DNA of 64,000 nt from Mobula birostris (GCF_030028105.1 NC_092381.1:83602505-83666504); one strand, 5' to 3'; positions 13,458 through 26,632 are shown, counted from the first letter of the stretch. Notes: generated by a model not told the origin, from the sequence alone. A program made the numbers and translations.

Positions 13458-14881
13458 AAATTCTTTATAGTTTTTATGCAATGGAGAGGAGGGCGCTGGG
13501 GATTTGGTCTGGGAGACAAGGGGGCGGTAACCACATCTGTAACTGAACTGCATGACCTCACTCATCGCCAGGTTTTGACCTATTCACTCTTCCTGGATCC
13601 TACGGCAGAAACAGAATCTCCCTATCACCGCACACTTCCGCCTAATTTTGCATCAGCAGCACATTCGGAACCTTCCAGTTTGTTCCCACCCCCAGGGTAT
13701 TAACATAAACTTTAAGCAAATGAAGGGCAAAAACCAATTCCTGTGGTACTCCACTTGTGACAGTCAGAAAAGGACCCACCTATTTCAACTTTATTTCCTA
13801 CGTGCTTTCAGTCCTTGTACTTCCTCCAATCCTTTAAACTGTTAATTCAGGCTTCACCTGCTAATGTAGGGTTCCCAGCCTAGGATCCACAGACTCCTCA
13901 GTTAATGGTAGGGGTCCATGGCATAAAAAAGGTTGGGAACCCTTGTTATTATGTTTCATCTCTTCAAATGCCATTTACTTCCTTATGAGATTGTTGGTAT
14001 TTGACTGCTGGAGCTGAAAATTCCCTGTCACCTGGCCTACCACTTGCCCTTGTCAATCATTATGATCCACATTTCAAGTTAACATTATCACTGGCCACCT
14101 TTCTAAACCATCTAAACCTCTTATTCATAGAATCCTCCTTTCTAATGACAGATAAATTCTTCATAAGTGAACGGGGCAATTGGTTAAGGTAGTTGTGTTG
14201 CAGCTTTATGAAGCTCTGGTTAGGTCAGTTTTGGAGTGCAGCATCCAACTCTGGTCACCTGATGAGAGGAAGAATGTGGAGACTATGGAGGAGGTGGAGA
14301 AAGAGATTTACCAGGATGCTGTCTGGATTAGAGAGCATTTGCTATAACGAGGGGCTGGACAGACGTGGGTTGTTTTTTTTCTGGAGCAGTTGATACCGAT
14401 GAAAGACCGATAGAAGTTTATAGAATTAAAAGAGGCAAAAATAGATTAGGCATTTTTATCAATTCTATGGTCAAAACTAGAGGATACGCATCTAAGGCGA
14501 GAAGTTCAAAAGAAAATACACAGGACAAGCTTATTTTGCACTCAGACACAGTAGAGCCGTTTAAGCGACTCTTAACACTTGAATATGCAGAGAATGAAAG
14601 GATACGGACCATGTGCAGGCAGAAGGAATTAGGAGACATCAGCTTAATTAGCTCATCGGGGGCCGTAGAGCCTATTCCAACACTCTAACAGTAAAAAGGT
14701 ATCACCCCAACATTTTATCTTTTTGGGTATCCCCGTCAATGACTGGGATTGCATTGAGTTTTAATTGATGTTCAACATTCTGAAACTTATTCCTGGAATT
14801 CCGCAACCCAGTACCAAACACCAAGAAATTATAAACCGATGGGAAAACAATTAGATTTTAGAATAAAGCAGCCCTACCTAC

Positions 14882-14944
14882 CTCTTCCAGTTTCTTAGCG
14901 TTACCGGTAACAAATACCACGTTTCCGACTTGTTTCCCAGCCAT
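14882..14944 (-). CDS. ITPA: Inosine triphosphate pyrophosphatase, coding exon 1
   Basis: Reverse complement reads ATG...MAGKQVGNVVFVTGNAKKLEE, followed by a GTAGGT donor. FVTGNAKKLEE is the conserved ITPase N-terminal motif; 63 nt, phase 0. Confidence 0.96.
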
Positions 14945-15125
14945 CTTTGATCTCGCCAGGGATTCCAATAGGCGAAAACGCTTCCGGGTAAGAGCAGGAG
15001 TCCCTCACGGATTGGTTGTTGATAGTGGCGTCACCCGCTCTGCAACATGTCAACCAATGGATGCATTCGGAGACCGGTCGGCGGTCCAATCAGGTGCATT
15101 GGAACCTTGACCTGGATTGGAATAG
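14945..15125. promoter_or_regulatory. Bidirectional ITPA/METTL13 promoter with six CCAAT boxes, an ETS/GABP-like site and a CRE half-site
   Basis: CCAAT/ATTGG at 14965, 15011, 15054, 15086, 15098 and 15116; CTTCCGG at 14981; CGTCA at ~15029. CpG-rich, no obvious TATA box; lies between the ITPA ATG and a plus-strand donor at 15185/15186. Confidence 0.75.
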
Positions 15126-15185
15126 TCTCTGCACGTTGTGTGACTGAGTGAGTGAGAAGGGACTGGAGTAGCGATAGCGAAGCAG
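15125..15185 (+). other. METTL13: Probable non-coding first exon of METTL13 (start approximate)
   Basis: GCAG|GTAATA donor at 15185/15186 just downstream of the CCAAT cluster. The ATG exon has an acceptor-like ttctgaag|G at 17955/17956 and no CpG island of its own. Confidence 0.5.
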
Positions 15186-15965
15186 GTAATAGACCAAACG
15201 CAGTTACAATCTAAAATTAAAGGTTTCTCTGGTGGTTACGCCTTTCTCTTTCAAAAATTTCTGCAGAAGTTTAGTAGGAGAAAATTCTTATGGAAAAATA
15301 ATAAATATTGAGGCGGAGATTGGGTTATCAGTTTGGTAAATTAAAAGTTAACGATTTCAGTGCCTGTTTTTTTTAGGATATGCAGCTTAGTTTTTTTTTG
15401 CATTCTATAGTTTATGAGCAATAAACTATAGATTTGATGAAGATCGACATTGTTGCATTTAGTGATTTGGAAAAAAAGCATAAAATGAGAAATACAGTAT
15501 TTGCAGAGAGAGAATCAGTTAATGGTTCTAGTTAATAGTCTCTCATCATAACAGTTCATCAGAAAGGTAGAAGTGTGCTTGTTAGCAGTGGGGGACGAGA
15601 AAAGACAGGAATGAGAGTATTTGGGGGGAAAAGGAGTATATCAGGAAGGGCCAGATAATGAAAGATTTCTTGTGTATTTATAAATCCGAGAGAATTTCCA
15701 TGACTATAATTGCTATAAGACCATATGATACAGGAACAGTTTTAGGCCATTTCATCACTACCGATTCTCCTGCCTTCTCCCCATATCCTTTCATGTCCAG
15801 ACTAATCAAGAATCTATCAACCTCTCCCTAAAATATACGTTTGTACATAAAGACTTAGCCTCCACAGCTGCCTGTAGTGACACATTCTACAGAATATCAA
15901 CTCCATTGAAACAATGTCATGGTATTGGCAAAGCAGAAGTAAAATAGAACACATGCTTTTGGATG

Positions 15966-16447
15966 ATGATTTATTCCCCAGTAGAGTTAGTCCCTGGGAA
16001 AGGATAATTTGCCTCTTCTGCAGGTCTATGGGTTCGGAAGTGACTAATGTGGCTAATGTGGGAACCACAGACATTCCACACCATGGGGTTGGAGGTGCAT
16101 GGTGTGGCTAGTCAGGGTGTTTATGAGATGGTGCACTTTAAGTATTCATGGCCAGTGAGAAGTGGGAGTTTTGCTATGATTTAGATTATCCTTGAATCTT
16201 TTTCTCTGTCCTTCTGAAAATCTGCTTCAATATCAAAGTTCAGGATAGAGTGCCTGCTTTGGGAATCTGGTGTCGGGCATAGACCAATCTGGCTTTCCCA
16301 GCATGGCTTACTGAGTCTAACCAGAATCTCTGGGCTGGTGGTGCTACCCTGTTGTCCGGAGGAAAGATTGATCTGACGGGCAAGTTGGCAGTGGCCCTTG
16401 ACTTTGTGGATGTTGGGTGGAAGGCACATCTTCTCACACGCTTCAGT
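15966..16447 (-). repeat. Unclassified repeat, copy B of the inverted pair (lacks ~75-80 bp present in copy A)
   Basis: High identity to 9014-9569 in inverted orientation; adjacent (TG)n tract at ~16481-16497. Confidence 0.9.
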
Positions 16448-17963
16448 TGAAAATCTGACCACGGCTTGGAACTCGGTCTTTGTGTGTGTGTGTGTGTAAA
16501 TGCCGGCAATTGCTGATGTTGGGGTGTCGTTGGTTCTGGGATGCAGTCATGTAGGTTAGATAGTTCCTGTTAGCTCACCTCCTGCAGGACCTTAGTGTGC
16601 AGTGAGGCACAAGTGTCTGGGTAACGGTGCAGTGCTGTTGGACATTGACCTTTGCCTGATACGTGTTCTGTTGTAGCCCCATGGCACAGGCTTTCCTGCT
16701 GTCATTGGAAGTGCCGCTTTTTATTATCTGGCTTCCATTTGGGGCCAGTTGGGGAGTATGTTGAAAAAGTTCAAAGTAAATTTATTGTCAGAGTACATAT
16801 GTTACCATATGCAACCCTGATAGTCATTTTCTTGTGAGCATACTGAAAAAATCTACAGAATAATGACTATACTGTAACAGGATCAATGAAAGTCCGCTTT
16901 CAACCAGCGTGCAGAAGACAACAAATTGTGCAAATACAAAAAGAAAGAAATAATAATAATATTAAATAAATAAGCAATAGATATTGAGAACATGAGATGA
17001 AGAGTCCTTGGAAGGGAGCCTATTTCAATGATGGGGCAAGTGATGTCACTGAGGTGTTTTTTTGATGGAATCAGTTTTGATTATCTAAAGTATGGAACAG
17101 ATTTTTCCAGAGTCCTGTCAGCAACAAACTGGCCAGGGTTTGTATGCCAGTTTGCATCTTTATCCCAGCAGGTTATGTAAGTATTGTGCTTTTTAAGGCA
17201 ACACATAGAGGAAGTGACTTTATTTTAATAACATATTTCCTGTCCTTGTAAGTCTGTGAAGTATGTGCTTCACTTTGAAGATTTTATTGTGCTAAGATGG
17301 TTGCTGTTTCTGCTTAGGACATTGGGATGTGATGGTGTTGATCTGAACAAAATCCCATGAAGCAAAGCACAGGCTCAGCCTGAATGAACCAGAACGATTG
17401 AGGCTTTACCAGTGAGGAACTCAGACTGGACAGCTTGTTGAATTGTCAGCATTTTTATTTTAATGATTTATCTTACACATTTTAATCCTGATTTTTCCCT
17501 TTACATAACTTTGGATCTGCCAAAGGAGACTTACTTCCATGCCCCTGGATTCAGTATCCCAGTTTGTTTAAAAAAAATGCTTTGTGTTGTATCAAATTTT
17601 CAGGTTGGCCAGAGAATAGTTATTTTGTCATGTAAAGATGATAAGCCTGTTTCCCCCAATTCATTAACATCCCAAAGAAAATCGTGCTGTAAAACTTCAA
17701 GTATTAGCTTTGCATATCTAATTCAGAGTGGCCCTTAAAAAGTCAAATCTGTAGTTTCTGTACTAAAGGACATATGTTTGAATACCTACATATTTTACAA
17801 AAAAAACCAGTGTGGCCTCATTATTGTAGGTGAGTAATTTTGAGATTTTTCATTTGATTTGTCACGCTGTTGTTGACTGAAAAGTGGGCATTAGAAACAT
17901 GTAGAAAAATGAAATAAATTGGAAAGTGTTAACAAGTTGTGTCTAATTTCTGAAGGATTGAAA

Positions 17964-18116
17964 ATGAATTTGCTGCCGAAGTCTTCGAAAGAGTTCAGTT
18001 CTGCTGAATATTGGGAGACGTTCTTCAAGAAGCGGGGTGGAAGTGCGTTTGAGTGGTATGGGACCTATGTGGATCATTGCGCAGTGCTGCACAAGTATAT
18101 TAAGCCCAAAGAAAAG
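17964..18116 (+). CDS. METTL13: eEF1A lysine and N-terminal methyltransferase, coding exon 1
   Basis: MNLLPKSSKEFSSAEYWETFFKKRGGSAFEWYG...KPKEK|gtacag; 153 nt. Confidence 0.96.
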
Positions 18117-20825
18117 GTACAGTCATTATCTAATTGTACTCTATGGAAATTCAGTATTGTTTGAGTGCTTTAAAAAATTCTATTGGTTTCCTTTTCTGTT
18201 CGTATTTTCGATTCAAGGGAAGAATCTATTAACACTTTCTAGTGGATGCTTTGTGCAATCGAGATCGATTGTCTGCCTGCAGACAGTATGACTCCCTTTT
18301 TGGCTTGAAAGAGTATGTCCGGACAGTTGGGTATCACACATGAACGACATGAAATTTTGTTTTGATCGAGTAGCTTAAGGTGCATTAATGTTTGGGGATC
18401 ACTGCAGAGCTCGAGGACACACTCAAGGCCAGGAGTTCCCAATCTGGGGTTCACAGACCCTCTGGTTAATGGTAGGGATCCAAGGCATAAAAAGATTTGG
18501 GAACCCCTGATCTAGGCTAAGAGGCCAGGGCCGACACCTTTTGTCCATCAGTTATTATGAGGTTAGTAATGCAGAGGGTTAGGCCAACTGAGTTCAAGTC
18601 CCACCATTGGAAGATGTGATATTTAAATTTAAAAAGAAAGTCACTAGTAGTGAAGATCACAAAACTATTGGATTGCCATTAAAAACCCACCTGATTCAGG
18701 GAGGAAAATCTTACCATTCTTACCCAGTCTTGCCTTTATTTAACTTCAGGTCCTTCAATGTCAATACTCCCTGAAATGACCTGGCAAGCTATTCAGTTCA
18801 CGGGCAGTTAGGGAATGGACAAGAAGTACTGGCTGTGTCAGTGGCACCCCTCAAGCAGACAGTATAGAACAGTACAGCACAGAGCCAGGCTGTGCTGAAC
18901 ATTATGCTGAATTAAATTAAATCTCTTCTGACTGTGCGTGATCCATGTTCTTCCATTCTCTGTATGTTCTTGTGTTTATCTAACAGCGTATTGAACACTA
19001 ACATACCTGCTCCATCATTCCCGCTGGCAGCCCATTCCAGGTACACGACACTCACTGTGTGTATGAAAGAGATCAAAAACACCTGCTCCGCCATCTTTAA
19101 ACTTTCCCCTCTCATCTGAAATGCATGCCCTCTAGTACTTGACATATCTACACTGATGAAAAATTCTGACTGTCTACTCTATCTTTGCCCCTCATAATTT
19201 TATAAACTTCCACTTTTTTAGATAAATCCTGAAGGAATTTTATTCTGTGTCTCAAATCTTGGGTAATGATTTGTGGATTCTGTAACTTGAACATATGGTC
19301 CTACCTGTGCAGTGTTAGTAGTCGACATCTGAAGCTGGTGATGGGGTCAGTTATCTCCGCTGTGGGTGAGACTGCACAGTGTACAGGTTTAGTTACTGAG
19401 ACTCCTTCATTACCACTGTGACTACACTTAAAAAGCGCATCATTTGTTATAAAATGCCTTAGGATGCTGTAAGGTTCCAAAACGCTCAATATAGTTCCAA
19501 ATCTTTTTACCCTGGGAAGCCTGTCATAACTACGAGACACAGCTTACACTGTGGCCGCCTGTCCAAACTTCTTGAAGGGATCCAGTGAGCTCTTGATTTG
19601 TGAGGACAGCTGCTGGAAGATGCCGCACTGTCATTTAGCCTGAGGTTGAAGGATGCAATCTTGCCAGTGACATGCACATCCTGAGAACAAATTAAAAAAC
19701 AACTCAATCATGGGATTTGTGGCTTTGTAATAATAGTCTATTTTCAGCCCGTGGTTCCTCATTTTCCATTTATACAATCTGCACTCTCAATATGATAACT
19801 TTCTCTACTGGGGTAAATGAACCCTCCAGCTCTCTTTCTGTCCTTTCCTCCATAAAAATAGTGCGTGTAGAATGCTATGCTCTCTCAATATAAGGGTCTG
19901 GCATGAGCCCTTTTTTGACTATTTGTTGTTAAGGGGGTAGATTTGAAAGTAGATGAGATGTGCTGGTTTGTGGAGACTGGGATTGGAGAGGATGAAGAGA
20001 AACTCCTCTGAACCAACAAATGGGTGGGTACAGTAACATAGTGATTAGCACAACGCTTTACGGCATCAGTGGACAGGTTCAATTCCCCCCGTTGCCTGTA
20101 AGGAGTTTGTATAGTGTTAAAACGGTGGGATGGAAGCTGTTTGAGTTTGGTGCTATGTTTTCAGGCTTTTGTATTTTTGCCAAGTAGGAGAGAAGAGAAG
20201 AGAGAAGGTGCAGATTGGGAGGGGTCTTTGATACGTTGGCTACTTTTTCAAGGCAGTGAGGTGTAGACAGTTCATCGAAGGGAGGCTTATTTTTGTGTTG
20301 TGCTAATCTCCCTTGGTAATTTTGATTTTAACCCACCGTCTCATTTAATTATGTCCTGTTCAAGTTTACTATCTCCTTTTCCCTCCCTGCCCCAAAAGAT
20401 TCCCCATCATGGACACATCTGCACCTTGACCTTGTGACCTCTTCTTGGCTTTGATATTTTCATGATGTTGATCATGGTAAGGATTATCTCTGCTCATCTC
20501 CTTATACCTCTCTCCATCTCCAGTCCATCCGTAGCCCCCTCAGTTGTTCTTCCTTCCGTCTGTACCTGTCACTGGAAAAGCTCTTGTCTCGTTTACTCAG
20601 ATTCATTGCATCTAAGTAATGTCTCCCCGCGAGAGTTTTGGAGACTACCTCATTAAAAGTAATTGAGATGGAAGTGGAGTAATTATTGAAAGATTGAGGG
20701 CCATGGGGATCTGGCGCAGAGAGATAGAGTTGAGGCTTGGGGTTGATGGGCTCTGATCGTCCTGAACGATGTGGCCTACTCCCTGTACTCATTCTCGTTT
20801 CTCTTCCCTCCGATCTGTTCTCCAG

Positions 20826-21576
20826 GTCCTCGTTGTTGGCTGTGGTAATTCTGAGTTGAGCGAGCAGATGTATGATGTTGGTTACCAGAACATCACCAAC
20901 ATCGACATCAGTGAGGTTGTGATCGGTCACATGAAGGAACGGAATGCAGCTCGCCGGCCAGCAATGGCCTTTATGAAGATGGACATGATGCAGATGGATT
21001 TCAGCGACTCCCAGTTTCAGGTCGTGCTGGACAAGGGGACCCTGGACGCTGTCATGACAGACGAGAGCGAGGGGACGCTGCGCAATGTGGAGAGGATGTT
21101 TGCGGAGATCGGGCGGGTCCTGCAGGTGGGCGGGCGGTTCCTGTGCATCTCGCTGGCGCAGGAGCACATCGCGAAGAAAGTGGTGAGCCACTTTTCCCAA
21201 GAGGGCTGGCCCGTGCGAGTCCACGCCTTTGAGGAGCAGAGCGAGGCCAGTCGGCAGTTCGTGATGCCAGTGTTCACCTTCGTGTTCACCAAGTTCAGGA
21301 AGCTCCCTGGAGCCGGGCAGAAGATCGTGGAGATGTGCGCCGAGGAGCGGGAGAAGCCCCTTCGCCTGGAGAGCACGGAGCAGCTGTTGGAGTTGGTGAA
21401 GGCACGGCAGCAGTATGCACTGCTCCGAAACCACCTGACCAAGGGCTCCAGCAGCGGGGAGAGTGTCTCCCTCACCCTCTGCAACAGGGAATCTGGGAAA
21501 CCTCGCTACACCTTCCACGTTGTTGATCAGCCCTCCGTGAAACCTACTCATGCAAACAACTTTGCAATTTTCATAG
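20826..21576 (+). CDS. METTL13: METTL13 coding exon 2 (N-terminal class I methyltransferase domain)
   Basis: ccag|VLVVGCGNSELSEQMYDVGYQNITNIDIS...LDKGTLDA...NNFAIFI+G|gtgagt; 751 nt; contains SAM-binding motif I. Confidence 0.97.
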
Positions 21577-22359
21577 GTGAGTGCAATCCTGAGGTGTGGG
21601 GCAGGGCTGAAGGGTTCTCTGAGGGAGTTTGTGCCGTAAGGCAGCTTGTGATGAGAAATGGAGATGCCATGGATTGTAAATCTTCATCAGTTCCTGGGTG
21701 ATCTGTGTTGTAATTGGTTTATTAATGCACCATGTACCAAGGTACAGTGAAGAACTTTGCTTTGCATGCCATCTGTACAGATCATTTCAGCGTATCAGTA
21801 CACTGAGGGAGCACAAAGGACAAACAATAACAGAATGTGGAATTCTGTGTTACACTCAGAGAAAGTGCAGTGCAAGGCAGACAACAAGATGCAAGGCGTG
21901 ATGAGGCTGATTTTGAGCACCGTTGTCCACCTTATCGTACAAGAGGTCCATTCAGTAGTCTTATAACAGTGGGTGAAAAGATGTCTTTGAGCCAGGTGCC
22001 ACAAACTCTCAGGCATTTGTATCTTCTGCCTGATGAGAGAGGGTAGCAGAGAGAATGCCTGAGGAGGGAGGGGTCTTTGATTAAACACGAGGGATTCTAC
22101 AGAAGCTGAAAGTCCAGAGCAACACAACAAAACACTGGAGGAGTGCTTCCTCTCGCACAGAGTGCGTCCTCCAGCATTTTGTTTGGGGTCTTTGTTAAAC
22201 TGGCTGCTTTGCCATGGGGGAGAGGCTGGTTTTTGTCATGTGCTGACCTGTGTCCACACGTCATTAGCTTAGACTAAAAGTAAGTTTTTTTCCTCGCCTT
22301 TCTAGTGAGTTCCATGAGGTTGCTGCATTGTACAATACTGTGTGGAAGTCTCAGGCACC

Positions 22360-22743
22360 CTATATGATTCCAGATGGTGTGGCCTCCACAGAGCCCTGAT
22401 CTCAAAATCATCGAGGCTGCCTGAGATTACTTGGAGGGACAGAAGCAAGTGAGACAGCCAAAGTCTGCAGAAGAACTGTGACAAATTCTCCAAGATGCTT
22501 GGAGGAACCTGCCAGCCAATTTTCTTATAAAACTGCACAAATGTACCCAAGAGAATTGATGCAGTTTTAAAGGCAAAGAGTGGTCACAAAAGTATTGATT
22601 CGAGTTAGTTTTTCACGGTGTACTGCTCTTAAATTTATACTCAGTTTTCTGATATTTAGAAACTTTACATTTCATTAGTTTTGAAAGAATCTTCACTTTA
22701 CAGAATGTTTTTTGCATCTGCCTGAGACTTTTGCACAGTACTG
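22360..22743 (+). mobile_element. Tc1-like transposon, 3' fragment
   Basis: Encodes WPPQSPDLKIIE (Tc1 WPxxSPDLNPIE motif); ends ...gacttttgcacagtactg followed by TA. Confidence 0.8.
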
Positions 22744-24874
22744 TACATATGAATTAAATTCCTTGCAGGAGGTTGAGGTTGTGTCTATGTACCAAATCAG
22801 CTTCAATAAGATTTCTATACCTGCAGCATCTCACCGCTTGAAAGGAAAGATTTCTACATTTTCTTATGATGAGGTGACTATTTGACGTATCCACCTGGCT
22901 TTGTGACTGATCATGCAAGCTACTGCTGCACATTGGGTTTCCAGGGAGATTATGTACCTGCCCCCTCCAATCATTGAAGCAAGTTATGGCAGATTGACTT
23001 TGTTTTTGACAACTGCTATAATTATCAGAGAACTCTTGAGCATAGATGTGTGCCAGCTGTTTCAGTAACAGAGAAGAGCACTACAACGTATGGGAAAGCT
23101 CTGTATCTGCCTGATAATGTGGAAAATAGTCCTGATGCACCTTAATCGGAGCAGATTCTATCTGATTAATACCAGACAGTCAGTTTACTCTCAGTCACAC
23201 TGAAGTTATCATACATCCCTGCACTTATTCCCCAATAACCTATATGCCAATGCCAGTTTGGATTTCACCCACATCAGTCACAGATGTGGGTTTCGACTGA
23301 TTGCCCTTGATGTCAAGTTGGTATTTAATTCAGTACAGCAACAAGAAAACTGGGTAAAATTGAAGTTGATGGTCAACTTGGAGGAAAGGCACCAGCAGTT
23401 AGTTGTATCATTGCACAAGAAAGATGCTGGTAATTATCAGAGGGCAATCATCCCAGGACATCACTGGAGGAATTCCTCGGCCTTCTAACTGCTTCATCGC
23501 CTCTCGCAAATGGGGATGGTTCACTGTGGATGATGCAATGTTCAACTCCATTTTCATGCATGCTGTTAGCCCTATTCAGGCATGAGCTGATGGTAGCAAC
23601 TAACGTTCAAAGCACTAAGGTGCCAGGCAATAAATGACTCCAGTAGGGGTGAGCCTGGATGTTCAATGGCTTTGCCATTGCCCCATAGCGGAAATATTGC
23701 AGCCTAGGCAACATCCTGGTGAATCTCTTTCCAGTGCAATCACATCGTCCCTATAACCTTGCGTCTAGCCCAAAACGTCAACTCTTTATTCCTTTCCACT
23801 AATGCTACCTGACCTGCTGAGTTCTTCCAGCATTTTGTATGTGTTGCTTTTAACTCTAGCTGAGGTTTAATCAATATTTTATAAAAGTAGACCAAAGCTT
23901 CTCTGCTCTTGTATTCTTTGCCATATCTATTACATGCAAGTATTGCACATAATATCTTCACAGTCTTAAGCACTTGTGGTGCAAACTTCAGGGCTCCTTA
24001 AACTTGTTCATTAAGGTCTGTCCATTGGTCTACCCTTGTTAATGCTTCCCAATTGTTTTTCAAATTAAATTCCATTTGTTAGTGCTCAGCTGTCTTATCA
24101 ATTGATCAGTATTATTCATCACTATCAACAACACAAGAGTTTTATGTCTAGTTATTGTTGAGAAAGCTGCGATCCCCTTCTCTTTATATTATATTACTTC
24201 TCAGTGGTTGGACCACATATTTCTCTCTACAATCAGTGGGTGGGGTGTGCACCATTGGCAAAATTCATTGAGGTTGCTCATTCAAGCTTCTCCAGGAGCA
24301 CCCTGCAGAACCAGCCTCTACCACCAAAAAGGACAACAGCAGCAGCTGCAGGAAAGTGCCAGTGACTGTGAATCCCTTTCCAGATCAGACGCTATCCTGT
24401 GTTGTAAATGTATCACTGGTCCTTTCTCACTGCTGCCTCCAGACCTGGAAATCCTGACACAGCAGCATCGTGAGTGTACTCTCACTGTTATCCCTGGCTC
24501 TTCTGTGGAGTTCATTTATTCTCTTTGTTACTATAGGGGTTTCTTTGGAGATGATACGGTTTCAAAGACAGGGAAGCTTTTTTGTTGATCACAATAAATT
24601 GCCACCATTGTCTTGGTGAATTGTAGAGTCTGGGGAAAGTTGGTAAGAATGTGGGGGAAAAATAGGGGATTAAAGGTGGATTAGTTTAAATGTGTAATTG
24701 ATGGTTGTGTAGACCCGGTGGCCTAAAACACCTGCTTCTGTGTTGTATCTCAAGGCTTGCAGTAGTTCCTGAAGGTTGCTCTTCATCATCTTCAGGGGAG
24801 GGCAATGAATGTCCCTGGTGCCCAGGTTCCCAAAATGAATCTGAACGAAAAGTCATTTTTTCCTGAAATGTTTG

Positions 24875-26632
24875 CTTTATACTTATAGTTTATTGTTGCC
24901 AAACAATTGATACTAGAACGTACAATTATCACAGCGATATTTGATTCTGTGCTTCCCACTCCCTGGATTACAAATATTAAAAATTAAAAATAGTAAAAAA
25001 TTAGTAAATATTAAAAATTTAAATTATAAATCATAAATAGAAAATAGCAAAATGGAAAGTGAGGTAGTGCAAAAAAACCGAGAGGCAGGTCCGGATATTT
25101 GGAGGGTACGGCCCAGATCTGGGTCAGGATCCATTCAGCAGTTTTATCACAGTTGGAAAGAAGCTGTTCCCAAATCTGGCCTTACGAATCTTCAAGCTCC
25201 TGAGCCTTCTCCCAGAGGGAAGAGGGACGAAAAGTGTGTTGGCTGGGTGGGTCGTGTCCTTGATTATCCTGGCAGCAGTGCTTCGACAGTGTGCGGTGTA
25301 AAGTGAATCCAAGGACGGAAGATTGGTTTGTGTGATGTGCTGCGCCGTGTTCACAATCTTCTGCAGCTTCTTTCGGTCTTGGACAGGACAATTTCCATAC
25401 CAGGTTGTGATGCATCCTAGAAGAATGCTTTCTACGGTGCATCTATAAAAATTAGTGAGCGTTTTAGGGGACAGGCCAAATTTCTTTAGTTTTCTCAGGA
25501 AGTAAAGGAGCTGTTGGGCCTTCTTGACAGTGAACTCTGCTTGGTTGGACCAAGTCAGGTCATTTGTGATATTGACCCCGAGGAACTTAAAGCTTTTGAC
25601 CTGTTCCACTTGCGCACCACTGATGTAAATGGGGTCGTGCGGTCCGCTACTCCTTCTGAAGTCAACAGCCAATTCCTTCGTCTTGTGGATGTTGAGGGAT
25701 AGGTTATTGTCTTCGCACCATGCCACCAGGTTCTTAATTTCCTCACTGTACTCAAACTCATCATTACCAGAGATACGGCCTACAATTGTAGTGTCATCAG
25801 CAAACTTAGATATTGAGTTTGATGGAAACTTGGCTACACAATCACGGATGTACAGTGAGTACAGCAGGGGGCTGAGTACACAGCCTTGTGGGGCACCGGT
25901 GCTCAGAGTAATTGTAGAGGAGAGCTTGTCCCCAATTTTTACAGCCTGGGTCCTGTCTGTGAGGAAGCTGAAGATCCAGCTGCAGATCTGAGTGCTAAGG
26001 CCCAGGTTCCGGAGATTAGGAATCAGTTTATTTGGAATGATGGTATTAAAGGCAGAGCTGTAGTCAATGAAAAGGAACCTTACGTATGCGTCTTTATTCT
26101 CCAGGAGTTCTAAGGAGGAATGTAGGGCCAGAGAGATGGCATCTACCGTTGACCTGTTGCTCCGGTAGGCGAATTGCAAAGCGTCGAGGTTGACCGGTAG
26201 GCTGTGGTTGATGTGTGCCGTAACCAGTCTCTTGAAGCACTTCATAGCAATTGATGTCAGAGCCACAGGTGGATAGTCATTCAGGCATGCCACCTTGCTC
26301 TTCTTCGGCACTGGGATTATCGTTGCCTTCTTAAAACACGAGGGGATCTTAGACTGAAGCAAGGAGCAGTTGAAGATGTCAGCAAACACTCCAGCTAGCT
26401 CGCTTGCACAGGCCCTGAGAACCCATCCTAGGATGCCATCTGGGCCCGTCGCCTTCCTTGGATTTATCTTCAGGAAGGCTCTTCTGACATCCTCCTCGGT
26501 GACGATGAATCTCGATGCCACCAGGTCCGGTTCATCTGGAGGGAGTGGGATGCTCCTGTTCTGTTCGAATCTTGCGTAGAATACGTTAAGTTCGTCAGGA
26601 AGAGAAGCGCCATAGTTATTGATATTCCCACC
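24875..26632 (-). mobile_element. Young 5'-truncated Rex1/Babar-like LINE with an uninterrupted 465-codon RT frame (25124-26521)
   Basis: [53 protein letters not shown] and KFADDTT; 3' UTR also present at 30566-30780 (+). Confidence 0.93.

Noticed and set aside
20502-21551. 349-aa minus-strand ORF (and a 155-aa ORF) overlapping METTL13 exon 2
   Set aside because: Antisense shadow of a GC3-rich coding exon; no recognisable domain or splice context.
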